Assembly: GCF_028641065.1 (NCBI RefSeq)
Contig: NC_073393.1
Coordinates: forward strand, 19,902,001 to 19,966,000
DNA length: 64,000 bases
Origin: Leucoraja erinacea
Taxonomy: Eukaryota
Direction: 5' to 3'
A model generated the notes under the pieces. The model was not told where the DNA came from. It saw nothing but the letters and a program-made list of their open reading frames with translations, and did not search any database. Shown one piece after another: positions 38,648-51,621 of this stretch (positions are counted from its first letter, which is position 1; each line of letters starts with the position of its first letter). Both the position numbers and the translations under genes were made by a program.

Positions 38648-41600
38648 CTGAGGGAACATATATTGGAAGAGAAATAAACTCCGCATTTACAAACAACTGC
38701 GAAGACGAGGAAACATAAAACAATGGGGTGAAAGTTGGGTGTGCTATACGCTATAAACGGCTACTTCCCTGGGATAAGATCCCTAAAAAGTAATTGAAGT
38801 AATTGGTTTGATGTTCCTGAATAATTAGTGACTATTAGCCAAATCTTGACACGTGTGGTGCAGAACACTGACCGGAAGTTTGTTGGATGATAACCTCTGG
38901 GAAAATATCCAGGTGGCGCGGTTTCTGGGCTCAGACATGTTAGCAATATTTTCCGTCATATATCAGTACGAGCTACTGCACAAAAAATGTCGTGTGAGTT
39001 TCGAATTAGAACAGAATGGGCCTCGGTGATGATGCTTCACGGAGTGTTTAATTCGCTTGACACAGACGGATTAGACATAAACTGAAGGTAGAGAATAGGC
39101 GGCGTTTCGGGTCGAGACTCTACTTCAGTTTGATCAGTCTGAAGAAGGTTATCGACCCGAAACGTCGCCTATTGCTTCTCTTCATAGATGCTGCCTCGCA
39201 GGCTGAGTTTCTCCAGCATTTTTGACTACCTTAGATTTTTCCAGTATCCGCAGTTCTTTCTTAGACATAAACTGAAAGTTAACATGCAGGTATTAGTTGT
39301 CCTAGTTTGAGGAAGGACATTATTGCTATTGTGAGAGTGCAGCGTAGGTTCACCAGTTTAATTTCCGGGATGGCGTGACTGATATATGATGAAAGAATGG
39401 ATCGACTGGGCTTATATTCACTGGAATTTAGAAGGATGCGTCATCAAACATATAAAACTATTTAGGGATTGGACAGGCTAGATGCAAGAAATGTTTCCCC
39501 TTGTTGGGGGAGCCCAGAACCAAGAGTCACAGTTTAAGAATAAGGGGTAGGCCATTTAGGACTGAGATAAGGACAAACGTTTTCACCCAAAGAGCTGTGA
39601 ATCTGTGGAAGTCTCTGCCGCAGAAGGCAGTGGGGGCCAATTCACTGGATGCATTCAACAGAGAGTTGAATATAGCTCTAGGGTCTAGGGATATGGGGAG
39701 AAAGCAGGTACAGGGTACTGATTCTGGATGATAAGCCATGATCATATTAGATGACGGTGCTGGCTCGAAGGGTCCAATGGCCTACTACTGCACCTGTTTT
39801 ATATGCTTCTATGTAACTGTTTGGGAGAAAGATTCGCAAGCGCAGGTCGCTGACGATCATGGACTATACCATAAGAATACGGGAGGATAAGAAAAATTGC
39901 AAACGAGGCACATAGAGAGTTTCACGAAAAATTGAACCATCCTGTTCGCCCATCAATGTGATTATAATTACAGGCGTCCATTTGCAGAACATGATACGAC
40001 AGGTTATACAAGAAAATCACTTGTTTTCAAAGTAGTGGGTTATGTCCTCAATATGTTCTGGGGCTAGCAGAGAACATAAACAACCAAATTTAATTATCAA
40101 CATGTCACAACCTGCCGGCCGATAATCAGTTGAGAATCGATTTGTGACCAGATTCGTTCGGCTACAGAATGTGATCATTGCGGTCATGCTATTCTTGTTA
40201 TTTGAACAAATCCTCTCCTCGTTAGTCCTACTGCTGAGGAAAAGCGCGTGGAAAAGTTCAAAACCTCTGGTTTGAATACGCTCTCCTGTAATAACTGCCC
40301 TTATTTAAACAACCCGACCTTTGCAACATTTCACATAGTGTTAACAGCGCCATCTTGTATTACAAACGATAACAATGCTTTTACAGCCAACGGCCATAAT
40401 GCTACGGCCGGAGAAAAGGGCCCTGGTGTTTAAATCGTTACATGAGCTCATCTCGTTGCTCCTTCAATTGAACATTGCTATTTTCGGAGAAAACACGAAA
40501 TATTGTAGTTATTCAGCGGGTTAGGCATCGTCTACGGGGATCATCGATAGATGAAGTTTCGGGTCAGGACCCTTCTTTACACGTGACTCAAACCCAACCC
40601 CCCCCCCCCCCCCCTTTCCATTGCCTCTCCAGATGCTGCATAAATAGCCGAATTATTCCAGCACTGCGTTTTGCATCTGCAGTTCCTTATGTCGCTAATT
40701 TCAGACAAGGGTGAAGTCGCATCTTACCTTCAGTACTGTCTAATTCGTACCACCTGACAAAAAATACCACCGCTAGAATAATTAACACGCATATGGCAAA
40801 TCCACCTGCCCGAAAGTAGATGAGTTTAAGGCCTGTTCCTAAAGGGAAATGAAAGCTGAATATTAGAATTTTTCAGAGACGTTATCTTCATTAAATAATC
40901 AGATTACACGAAACAGGGAATTACAGGATGGGTTCCACATTTTCTCTCATCTCTCAAATGCATGACTGCTACACAGCATTCCATCTGCCACTTGTTTACA
41001 CCCACGCTCCCAAGCTGTCCAAGTCCTTCTGCAGACTCCCTGCTTCTTCAACACTATCTGCACCTATATTCATATCATCGGAAAACCTGCCGACAAAGCC
41101 ATCAATTTCATCCTCTAGACAATTAACATATAATGCAAATTGTAGCAGACTCAACACCGACCCCTGCAGAATACCAGTATTAAAACGTAGCTAACCACAA
41201 AAGGCCCCTTTATTGCCACGGTTTGTCTTCAGCTAGCAAGCCAATCTTCAATCCGTGATAATTCCTAATGCCATGCGCTTCTATTTTGTTTAGCGGTCTC
41301 ACATAGGGCACCTTATCAAAGGCCTACTGAAATTCGTTGAACGACGCCATTGGTTTTCTTCACTACCTGCTGTACTTGCACGTCAACTTTCAGTGAATGG
41401 TGTACAAGGGCACCCTGGTCACGCTGTAACCCATTGAGATTACAATCTGTCCCCTTGTTTTTGCCACCAAAGTGGGTAACCTCACATTTATCTATATTAT
41501 ACTGCATCTGCCACGCATCTTCCCACTCACTCAACCTGCCCAGGTCAACCTGCAACGTCCTAACATCCTCTTCAAAGTTCACACTGCCACCCAGCTTTGT

Positions 41601-44600
41601 GTCATCTGCAAACTTGCTAGTGTTGCTCCTAATTCCCTCTTCCAAATCATTAATATATATGGTAAACAGTTGCGGCACCAACACCGAGCCTTGCGGCACT
41701 CCACTCGTCACTGCCTGCCATTCTGAAAATGACCCGTTCACTCCTACTCATTGCTTCTTGTCTGCCAACCAATTTTCTATCCATGTCAATACCCTACCCC
41801 CAATATAATGTGCTCTAATTTTAGTCACCAGTCTCCCATGCGGGACCTTATCAAAGGTTTTCTGAAAGTCTAGATACACTACATCCACTGCCTCCCCTTC
41901 ATCCATTTTACTTGTCACATCCTCAAAAAATTCCAGAAGATTAGTCAAGCATGATTTTCCTTTCATAAATCCATGCTGACTTGGACTAATCCTTTTACTG
42001 CTATCCAAATGCTCCATTATTACCTCTTTAATGATTGACTCCAGTATCTTTCCCACCACCGAAGTTAGGCTAACTGGACTGTAATTCCACGTTTTCTCTC
42101 TCGCTCCGTTCATGAAAGGTGGGATAACATTAGCTATCCTCCAATCCACAGGAACTGACCCTGAATCTATTGAACATTGGAAAATGATCACCGGTGCGTC
42201 CAATATTTCTAGAGCCACCTCCCTGAGGACAATGGGATGCAGACCATCGCCTAATTATAATTTATTTCAGTTTCTCTACCCCCTTTGATCCTCTGTCCTC
42301 GAGTACTTCTGGGAGATTGTTTTGTCTTCCCTAGTGAAGACAGATCCAAAGTGTCAGTTCAACTCCTCTGCCATTTCCTTGGTGCCCATAATAATTTCAC
42401 CCGTGTCTGCCTTCTGATTTTGCTACTCTTTTTCCCTTAACATATCTAAAGAGGCTTTTGTTGACCTTCTTTATATTCCTGGCCAGCTTCCCCTCGTACT
42501 TCATCTTTTCAGCCGTATTGCCCGTTTTGTTTCCTTCTGTTGTCCAATGAAAGTTTCCCAATCCTCCGGCTTCCGACTACTCTTTACTGTGTTATGCATC
42601 TTTTCTTTTAATTTTATTCTATCCCTAACTTCTCTTGTCAGTCACGGTTGCCTCCTACTCCCCTTAGAATCTGTCTTGAAATGTCTGGGAGCACAGAACA
42701 GATCAGACCGTTCAGCGGAACGCACATCAGCCGGAATTATCGCTTATCCGCATTATATGTATAACCTTTCGAACATTTCCTTGTATCTCCTTTCTTTCAT
42801 TGGCCTCTTCTGTTTGAATCTCATCACAGATTAGCAACAACGAAAAATAAATCATCTGAGTTAATGAAAAATAAATCATCTGTTTTAATGCTATAAAATC
42901 TGCCTTGGCCTCTGTCTTGTGGTATTGGTCCCTTGGAACTTGAAATATGTTGGATTACCGTCCCTCTCCAGTCTGCAATGTTACAGCGTTAAGACTGAGA
43001 ATTAATTTGCATATAAACAGAAAACAATGCCCTTATTATGCAGGGAAACAGCTTTACAAGTATGTGCTCGTTGGTGTTCTGTGTGCAGTCCTGGTCATCC
43101 TGCCTATACGTAGCATGTCATTATGTTGGAAAAGGTGCAGAAAGGATTCACCAAGGTATTACTTTGATGGCTGGAGTTATCCGGTAATGCTGAGCAGGTT
43201 GTGACCTCTTCCCATGAGGCATGGGAGGTTTACCTAATTGAAATATATAAAATTATGAGGGGCGTAGAGAAAGTGAATGCTTACAGTCGTTTTTGCCAGG
43301 GTAGTGGATTCTAAACAGGGAAGGTTACGAGGTTCCCAAGGGGCAATTTCTTTCCGAGGAAGCTTCAGAAGCGTATTCAATTGTGGATTTTCAAATGATA
43401 TTTGGATAGATATTTGGATAGGAAAGATTTAGAAGGGGAAATGGTCAAATACGGGCAGATGGGTCTAGTCCAGATTGCCAACTTGCTTGACATGAACGAG
43501 GCGGGCCGAAGGGCCTTGCTTCCATGCTGTAGAGCTCTATATAATCGGAGATAAACAGCGAGTTCCAGCGTCCGCTATTACACAAACATGCAAACACAAC
43601 TGTCATCTTTGCGCAATATCTCTTACTAACCCGTATCTAGTTTCGTAGACTGTCATACCTTTCCATTACAACAAAGACATGCCCACAATCTCCATCCAAA
43701 TACTTTAAAACGGTCTGGCGTACGTTTTGGGTGGGAATTCATGAAATGCCTTGACATAAAACAGTGATATATCTCAGGACGTTATTGAAGGTATAAACCT
43801 CATACCCATTCCAGGAAAACTGTGAGTTTCAACGGTCGGAACCAGGAGGGTGACGTGAAACACGTGGCAACTATAAACCGATCGGCGATCCACTACATGC
43901 AGGAAGCTGGAAACAAGGTATAATCCCTCGTCGTTCCGTATTTTAGTGGTACTTATTCCAGAAGTGATTTCATGGTCATCTTTATACCAGGTAAGTTCAC
44001 AGTCCGCCGGGAAAAACGGAGCAGTTGTACAGTTTAGGGCCAGGGAAGGAGCGTTCATCTGTTTAATCTTCAAAGGCGTCGGTGACACTGCAAACAATTT
44101 AAGACAAATGAGTTAGTACCCCTATATGTTTATTTAGAAGACAATGTAATCGCTTTCGAAATGGATAATACCATACCTGCTTGGGCGTTCCTTTAATAGT
44201 AAATTATTTAAACTATGTTGTTGGAAATATATAGTGCAGTAAACACTTGTTATAACGCAGTTGGCCAGGACCACTATATATGAGCGCTATGTGAGGCGGG
44301 TGTCACCACCCATCACCTTCCCCAACGGCTTCATTCTGCCCATGCGACGAATGGAGAAACTATCGGCATGGACGGCTGAGTCTGGGGAAGAGGGGTGAGC
44401 CAAGTCTCTGTGAAAGAGAGCACAGAGCATTCGGTCATCTCTCTTTGTTAAAGCTACCTTGCCTCCGAGATTTCCTGGTCATGGGGGATTCTCTTTTTTT
44501 TTGTGCTTAACAGTTTTAGTTTATTATCACGTGTACCGAGCCACAGTGTTTGTTGTGTGTTTTTTGTTGTGTGTTATTCAATCAGCGAAATTACCGCACA

Positions 44601-45238
44601 TGATTACAATCAAGCCGTCCACATTGTACAGATTCAGGATTACCGGAGTCTGTTTAACTCAAGATAAAGTCCAGTAAAGTCCGATAAAAAGATAGTTTGA
44701 GAATCTCCAGTAATGTAGGTAGAATCTCCAGTGAGGTAGATGGACTTGACTTCTCTTTAGTTGGTGATAGGGCGGGTTTGGGTATCTGCTGGGAAAGCAA
44801 TGTTGCTACACCAGACAAGGCAGAGTTCAAGGTGGTACAATCAAACGGAAAATTGCGTTAATGAAATCATAAATTTAGTTCTGTTTGTATTATATGTGAA
44901 ACATGCTGAAAGACAGAAGCAGCTTTATGTACGCGTGGAAGTCTTCTGAGGGACAACGCGCAGAATAATTTGCACGTTTGACATAATGTGTAGTATCTCG
45001 TGTTACCCGGAAAATAACTAAAGTTTTGAGTGAAAAGGGTATTTTTAGGAGCAACAATAAACAATACTGGGAATCTGTGGGAAGATCCGATCAAGTTTGA
45101 AAAACGTTCTGCAGAGTTGTATTTAAGATGAACTTTTAATAGTAGTCTGATAAATCTTAATAGGGTAAACGACGAAGACACCTTAGTTTTAGTGTACATA
45201 ATAAAGGTAAAAAAGGGGAAATCGGGTGGCAGGCAGGG

Positions 45239-45287
<49 letters not shown>

Positions 45288-48200
45288 TAATTTAGAATGT
45301 GGTGATGCGAGTTAACACATCGGTTGTGCCTTATAATGGAATAAATCTACAGACGCCGAGAATCGATGAAACAATACATCAAATTAAGAGTGTATCAACA
45401 GAGGAATCGCATGTAAATACCTATATGAAGACTAGTGGATGACTCATATTGTGGCTATATTTGAGGGCTGCAAGCAAAAGTCTGGGAACTGTAAACCAGT
45501 CTGTGGTAGGAAGGCCACTGGAAATGATTCAGAGGGATAAATTATGTTCCGCATTTGATTAAAAAGGAGCTGATGGGGGGGGGGGGGGGGGGGGGGGGGG
45601 GTGGGGGTGGGGGGGGGGGGGTGCAATAGAATGAAATGTTTAGCAACATCCATTACTTAACTCCAAATAGGACACCATCTCAAAAGGCAAAGGGGCGTCA
45701 CCATTATGCTCCCGTCCACGTAACAAAAGCATTATCTCCACATCGGAGGATAAATCGTTGATCTCCATCCCAAACTGATCTACGCAAGTGCTCTCACCAG
45801 AGAATTTCCGCGGATCTTTCACAAGTAGTGATCGGAAATGTACTGGAAGCAGAGCTAATGAGACCGTGAAAAATAAATTAAATGAACACCTGGTGGAAAG
45901 CAATTGAAGCGTTCCAAGAAAGAAAGGGAGCATGGGACTGACAATTCCTGGTGGCGGCCAGGTAATTGATCTCTCAATTGCAACGCAAACTTCTTTTCCT
46001 CGGTTATTGTAATTTGATGTGGTGAAATGTTTCGTTTACAAGGACTTGATTCCACTACTCTGGGTAAAAGGCGATGCATATACCAGATTTATTCCGGTCA
46101 TGATCAGATACCCCTCAATAAGTTCACCCCTTACGCTCCTGCGCTGCAAATAATTAAGTCCTGGCCTGCTCCGGCTCTCCCTATAGCTCAGACCCTCGCG
46201 TCGTGGCAACATCCTCGTAAATCTGCTCTATACCCTTTCCAGCTTAAATACATCATGCGTAGTTGCAGAGGCAGATCCGATAGGGGCATTTAGATATTTT
46301 TAAATAGGCAAATACAGTGAATGAAAGGATATGTCTCACACAGAGCGGAGATTTATTTAGTTTGGCACCATATTCGGCACTGAAATTGTGGGCCGAAGGA
46401 CCTATTCATGTTCTATCTTTAGGAGTTGTTGAATTGATTTTTGAGCAGTTATAAGTTTCGAAAATGATGGGATGCTTTAGGTATTTGTCGTCTTCGCAAT
46501 ACATGTCACGGCACTTAAACTGGACAAGGTATGGTAGCGTGTCTGTGTGTATTCAGTAAACATAGAAATATAGAAAATAGGTACAGGAATAGGCCATTCG
46601 GCCCTTCGAGCCTGCACCGCCATTCAATATGATCATGGCTGATCATCCAATTCAGTATCCTGTACCTGCCTTCTCTCCATTACCCCTGACCCCTTTAGCC
46701 ACAAGGGCCACATCAAATCCCTCTTAAATATAGCCAATGAACTGGCCTCAACTACCTTCTGTGGCCGCGAATTGCAGAGATTCACCACTCTTTCTGTGAA
46801 AAAAAATTTCCCTCATCTCGGTCCTAAACGATTTCCCCCTTATCCTTAAACCCTTGTTCTGGACTTCCCCAACTTCTGGAACAATCTTCCTGTCCAACCC
46901 CTTAAGAATTTTGTAAGTTTCTATAAGATCCCCCCTCAATCTTCTAAATTCTAGCGAGTACAAACCGAGTCTATCCAGTCTTTCTTCATATGAAAGTCCT
47001 GACATCCCAGGAATCAGTCTGGTGAACCTTCTCTGTACTCCCTCTATGGCAAGAATGTTCTTCCTCACATTAGTAGTTGCTGATGTGGGATTGAAATGTA
47101 CGGTGGAATATTTCCACCCAGAAATCGAGTACGACGCTGACGTGTAATTATCATTCGTATTGAAACTTCTGTTCTCCCACTCGACGCTCTGCTGAGTTCC
47201 AATGAAACTCGAAGTAAAATGACGGATAACGTTTTGATTAATGTTCTCGATTTGCAATTTAATCATTTGATTTTGGTACTACTTTCATCTCCTTTGTTTA
47301 CATAGTTTGTGACGTTGCATTAATCTCAGATTTTCCCCCGTTTATCATGTAATTTTTTTTGTCTTCCACCCATACCAATGCGCCACCACGCACGCACCCT
47401 ACCTATTCTTCCCTGCTATACCTCTGAATTTCTTGAACAATTTTCATCATGAACTTTTGTTACTTCCGCTATAACGTTGTCGGCAGAAACTAATTTATGT
47501 AGTCGCAGATGTGTTGTGACTAGTATTTTCTCATTGATTTTCTTTGAAACTATGAATTCCTAAAATCACGGTAGAATAGTCTGTCAGAAGATTGCGGTTA
47601 GAATATATCACGCTCACTATTCATCAAATGTTTCTTCTAACAACATACGTTTTGTTAACATTTACTAGTTGAACTAGAAATAGCTACATAAATGATCAAA
47701 CATGGATATTGTGCATCAAAGAGCACCATTCGCGACCCCCCTAGAATGCTCCATCATCTGGATGTCACAGGTCTCGACTCGAACGCAATGTTTTTTTGAC
47801 TGAACGACTTCAGCTACAATACTCACCAACATATGATAGCTTATATTTAATTGACTACTATCTGCAATTTTAATCTATACTCCTTTCGCTGGATACAGTT
47901 GAGGGGCCGCCAAGAAAATTAACCCTACACATATAAATGATAACTAAATGATAGGAAATTAAAGAATAATGATTGTCCAAAGATCTCATGGTCCAACAAT
48001 CACGGAAAACCAATTTCTTAAATCGTTAGAGCAAAACCTCTAGTACGGACTGAGAAAGGGTCCGTTTATTGCTACTTTATAACTCTGTAGCACACCATAT
48101 TTCTGTGTTTGTATTGTCACCATTGGATAGAGAAATGGCTTCATGTAAGGAAGCAAAGGGTGATGGTGGAATATTGTATTTTGCGGACTAAATTCCGGGG

Positions 48201-48964
48201 AAGGCGAGAGGGGAACACTTACCAAGAACCTAAGGGGCATCCTTTTCATGCAGATGCTGGTGGGTATATGGAAGGAGGTGCCAGATGAGGTCGCTGAGGC
48301 AGCTACAACTTTTACCAGACATTTGGACGGATGCATTGGGGATAAGGTATAGAGAATGATAAGGGCCTATTACGGTGTGACAGTATTGTGATTCGAAACA
48401 TCAAGTAAGACTCACCGTGTACAATAATCCTCGTGCCATTGCTTTTGGAAATCTTTCCATTCCCGCCTCTCACACTGCAATAATAGATCCCGGAGTCACG
48501 GAAGCTCACGTTCAACAGATGTAATTCGGCAGATCCCTTCAGGACATTGTTCATTGTCATCCTCCTGTTTGCGGTGGGATTCAACGTCCCTTCTTGACCG
48601 TCTCTCTTCCAGTATACATCCACCAGTGCATTCTGACCGAAGTTCGGGAAAGTACAGTATAGGGATACATTTTCACCTTTCACTTTCGTTACCTCATCGG
48701 GAACCTGACGCACCCTGAACGAGGAGGCCCCGTCAGTAACTGTCAAAATTAAAAACAAACGTTAAACATGTGAAATGACAATGAACGGATTGATAAAAAT
48801 GCAAATGGCTGAAATAGCTCGACCGAAAAGTAAGAGTTGTACATCTTATACTTTTCGCGGATTGACCTTTTCCCTGTTATTTTCGTTTAATAGAGGGAAA
48901 TATGTTAACCTGTGTGACTCATATGCAGGATCGAGAGACACGGCAGCACGGCAAACATAAACAT
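38552..48964 (-). CDS. Gene E: paralog of gene B with TM Arg and degenerate tail (putative activating partner)
   Basis: Exons L 48910-48964, V 48416-48739, C1 43806-44087, TM 40728-40838, cyt1 40021-40063 (1 nt short), cyt2 homolog 38552-38647. Confidence 0.82.
39087..39260. mobile_element. Fold-back PLE-derived element, E-specific
   Basis: Flanked by direct repeat TTAGACATAAACTGAA; absent from the B copy near 10690. Confidence 0.7.
39277..39812 (+). mobile_element. CR1 LINE 3' fragment, E-specific
   Basis: Similar to 2520-3060. Confidence 0.8.
40017..40063 (-). CDS. Gene E cyt1 exon APEHIEDITHYFENK*
   Basis: Homolog of B cyt1; 43 nt to the AA|gtgat donor, or read-through to TGA at 40017-40019. 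Confidence 0.6.
40728..40838 (-). CDS. Gene E TM exon GTGLKLIYFRAGGFAICVLIILAVVFFVRWYELDSTE
   Basis: tttccctttag|...G|gtaag, 111 nt; CGG (Arg) at 40810-40812. Confidence 0.85.
41345..42672 (-). mobile_element. CR1 LINE RT fragment
   Basis: ORFs 41316-41741 and 41748-42218 with GVPQGSVL, KFADDTK, DFQKTFDKV. Confidence 0.88.
43806..44087 (-). CDS. Gene E C1-set exon
   Basis: 6 of 94 aa differ from gene B C1; intact splice sites. Confidence 0.92.
46560..47068 (-). mobile_element. CR1 LINE 3' fragment
   Basis: AIEGVQRRFTRLIPGMSGLSYEERL, nearly identical to the 1235-3064 copy. Confidence 0.85.
48416..48739 (-). CDS. Gene E V exon
   Basis: 6 of 108 aa differ from gene B V; intact splice sites. 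Confidence 0.93.
48910..48964 (-). CDS. Gene E leader exon MFMFAVLPCLSILHMSHT
   Basis: Homolog of the B leader with the same donor. Confidence 0.78.
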
Positions 48965-49053
48965 TCTGAACAAAGGGGGTGAAATTCAACGATGTTTGCT
49001 GTTTGACAGCGAGTCAAGCAGTGAAGCTTGTTGGCGAGCGTCTTGCAGCAATG

Positions 49054-49077
49054 GTTCCGTTTCACTTTTTGACGTCA
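49054..49077 (-). promoter_or_regulatory. IRF-E/ISRE-like site plus CRE upstream of gene E
   Basis: Plus strand GTTCCGTTTCACTTTTTGACGTCA, conserved with 19236-19257. Confidence 0.5.
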
Positions 49078-50143
49078 TAGCGCTGAAAAGCACACTTTGT
49101 GTCACGGAGAACACAGACGTTGCAGATATTATCCAGAGAATATGGCGCATTTTGTGTATCATGGAAAGTTTTGATTTGATGCAACTTCGCTTATGTCACA
49201 AACCCGGTTAACTTTTACCGATGCTTTGTATGATATGGTATACAATCGAAAGTTGAATATCAAAGTAACGCAACGAGAAATACATAAATAGGATTCGTGG
49301 AATGTGTCGAAAGGAAATGCCACGCCAGTCAAATCTAAGCGCTTTACAGATACTGCAGCTGTTGGAATGCGAAAAGAAAACCACCGCGTAGAACAAATAA
49401 TCATATTCTGTACATTATCTCTGCCTTGGGAAAAAGTCAAATAAGGCTTATGGATGTGACGTTGAATAACGGACGGGCGCATGGGATAAAGGAAAATAAA
49501 TACTTTCAAAACATAAATGTTACTAAAGAATTTAGAATGTAAAGAATATAGAAACAGTCCCATCGGAGCACCTAATCCACACCAACCATCGATCACCCCT
49601 TCACACCAGTTTCATGTTATCCCACTTTCTCACCCACTACCTGCACGTTAAGGGCAAATTACAGCAGCCAACAAAGCAGCAAGTCTTTGGGATCCAGGAA
49701 GAAATCAGAGCACACGTAGGAAATCCATGTGGTTACAACGATAAATTGCAAATTCCACACAGACAGCACCGAACGAAGTTAGGATCGAACTAGGATCCCC
49801 GCCAATGTGAGGCAGCATCTCGACCAGTTGCCACCATTGAAGAGGATTATGCGTCCACGCATTGATGAATTCTAATCAGCTGGTCTTCTATGTTGTTTAA
49901 GAAGGAACTGCAGATGCTGGAAAATCGAAGGTAGACAAACGTGCTGCAGAAACTCAGCGGGTGCAGCAGCATCTATGGAGCGTAGGAAATAAGCAACGTT
50001 TCAGCCGAAACCCTCTTCAGTCTTCTGTTCACAGATTTGTAGAATTTTGAAATATATATATTGGATATTATCCTCCGAGGTTCTATAGATTCAGTCATTA
50101 TCCCAGGGTAGTTCTAAATAGCAAATGTCAAACTTCCGTTTGG

Positions 50144-50779
50144 TTTCCAATGTTTCTTGGGTAGTTTATGTGGGGATGGGGGGGGGGGGATTTTTGGGAA
50201 ACATTGTTTCAATCGCTTACTTCGACCGAGATGCGATTTGCTCCGTGCCGAATCTCTCCCCCCCCCTCCCCCTTTTGTTTGCGGCCTAACATCCTGGAGT
50301 GGTGCGCCTTTCCTGGATACCGGCTCGGAGCTTCAGCCGCGAGCGCGGCGCCGAGCCGGGGATCCTTTACCGAGGATCGCCAGAAGAAGAGCTCCGATTG
50401 CGCGGCCTGTGGACCTGAACCTCGGTCTCCGGTAAGAAGAGGCCGGCTCTGGAACTGCATGCCGCGGCTGTTCCAATCCGACCCGACGCCGGAGTTTTGA
50501 TCATCCTGACGAGAGGGCCTGGACATCGGACTGTCGGCAGCGGCGAACTGCAGAGTGTTCAAGGTCCCGACCACCACGGGTGAACAAAGGAGGAAGATGA
50601 CTGAACTTTATTGCCTTCCATCACAGTGAGGAATGTTGATTCCACTGTCGTGCATGTTCATGTTAAATTTAATTTATGTGTGTACTGTGCTCTTTTCACT
50701 TAGTATGGCTGTGTGGTAACTCAAATTTCACTGGACCTTAGTTGATTAAGTGACAATGAACGCGAACTTGAACTTGTAC
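50144..50779 (+). mobile_element. GC-rich retroposon insertion, E-specific
   Basis: Absent from the B copy near 21990; possible TSD TTTGG; (AACTTG)n tail. Confidence 0.6.
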
Positions 50780-50847
50780 TTTGGCAGCGAGAGCAAGAGA
50801 GGGATAGGATCGCCGCAAAAAGAGAAGGTTAGATCAAGTGTCATCGC

Positions 50848-51009
50848 CAGGGCCGGATTTACGTATAAGCTTCACAAGCTTAAGCTTAGGGCCTCGAGAT
50901 CTAGGGGGGCCTCGGCAGGGCCGGATTTACCAATCGGCTTCATGGGCTGATTGGAGGGGCCTCACAAGTGGAATAGCCTAGGGCCTCTCTTCATCTAAAT
51001 CCGGCCCTG
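50848..51009. mobile_element. hAT-type non-autonomous DNA transposon (MITE)
   Basis: TIR CAGGGCCGGATTT/AAATCCGGCCCTG; 8-bp TSD GTCATCGC; empty site in the B copy near 22050. Confidence 0.85.
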
Positions 51010-51621
51010 GTCATCGCAAACATGTGCTGCCTTGTAATTCTTGTTGTGCACACCGTGGTGCGTCTGCAAGTGGCTGATGCTTATTTGGGGGTTTCCGCAG
51101 ACTTTCAATCTTCCGAAAGCTTTTCAAAATCGGAGCTCGGTGAAAAGAGCACATAGAATAGGGATCAGCAGAGACGTGTGAATTGTGACTTGGTTAATGA
51201 TTCGAAAGCAAAGAATCGGAATAAACAGACATTTCTCAATGTGGCAGATCGTGACCAATGAGAATGAAATGATCCTTTATTGAAGTATGAACACAAAAAA
51301 CCTGGAGAAACCTTTATTGAAGTATGAACAGGTGGATTCGGCAAGGTGGCCAATTGTAGCGTTGCCTTAAAAATACGTGGTGAGTAAGATGTCACGACAA
51401 ATGAAATACAATGAAGAAATGCCGTGTCAGGTGGAGTACCATGAGGGGAAATTTAAATTATGCACACCAGTGGAGAGAGAGTGCACAGGTGCCCATTATA
51501 TGTTTTAGGGTGAGATATGCGGAAATGTTGATATTCAAAGGTACCTGCAAGTCACCGAAGTCTATTCATTATTCATTTGCACCAAACAGTGAGGTTCGAC
51601 AAGCAAGTGGTAAGTTAATGT

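Larger units (their letters stand above)
38174..51260. repeat. Segmental duplication block carrying gene E
   Basis: Same-orientation homolog of 9757-22300. Confidence 0.85.

Noticed and set aside
45236-45625. Long poly-G tracts (also 346-364, 6529-6546, 37933-38034) as G-quadruplex or switch-like regions
   Set aside because: Simple homopolymers scattered without relation to exons; their lengths are unreliable in assemblies.
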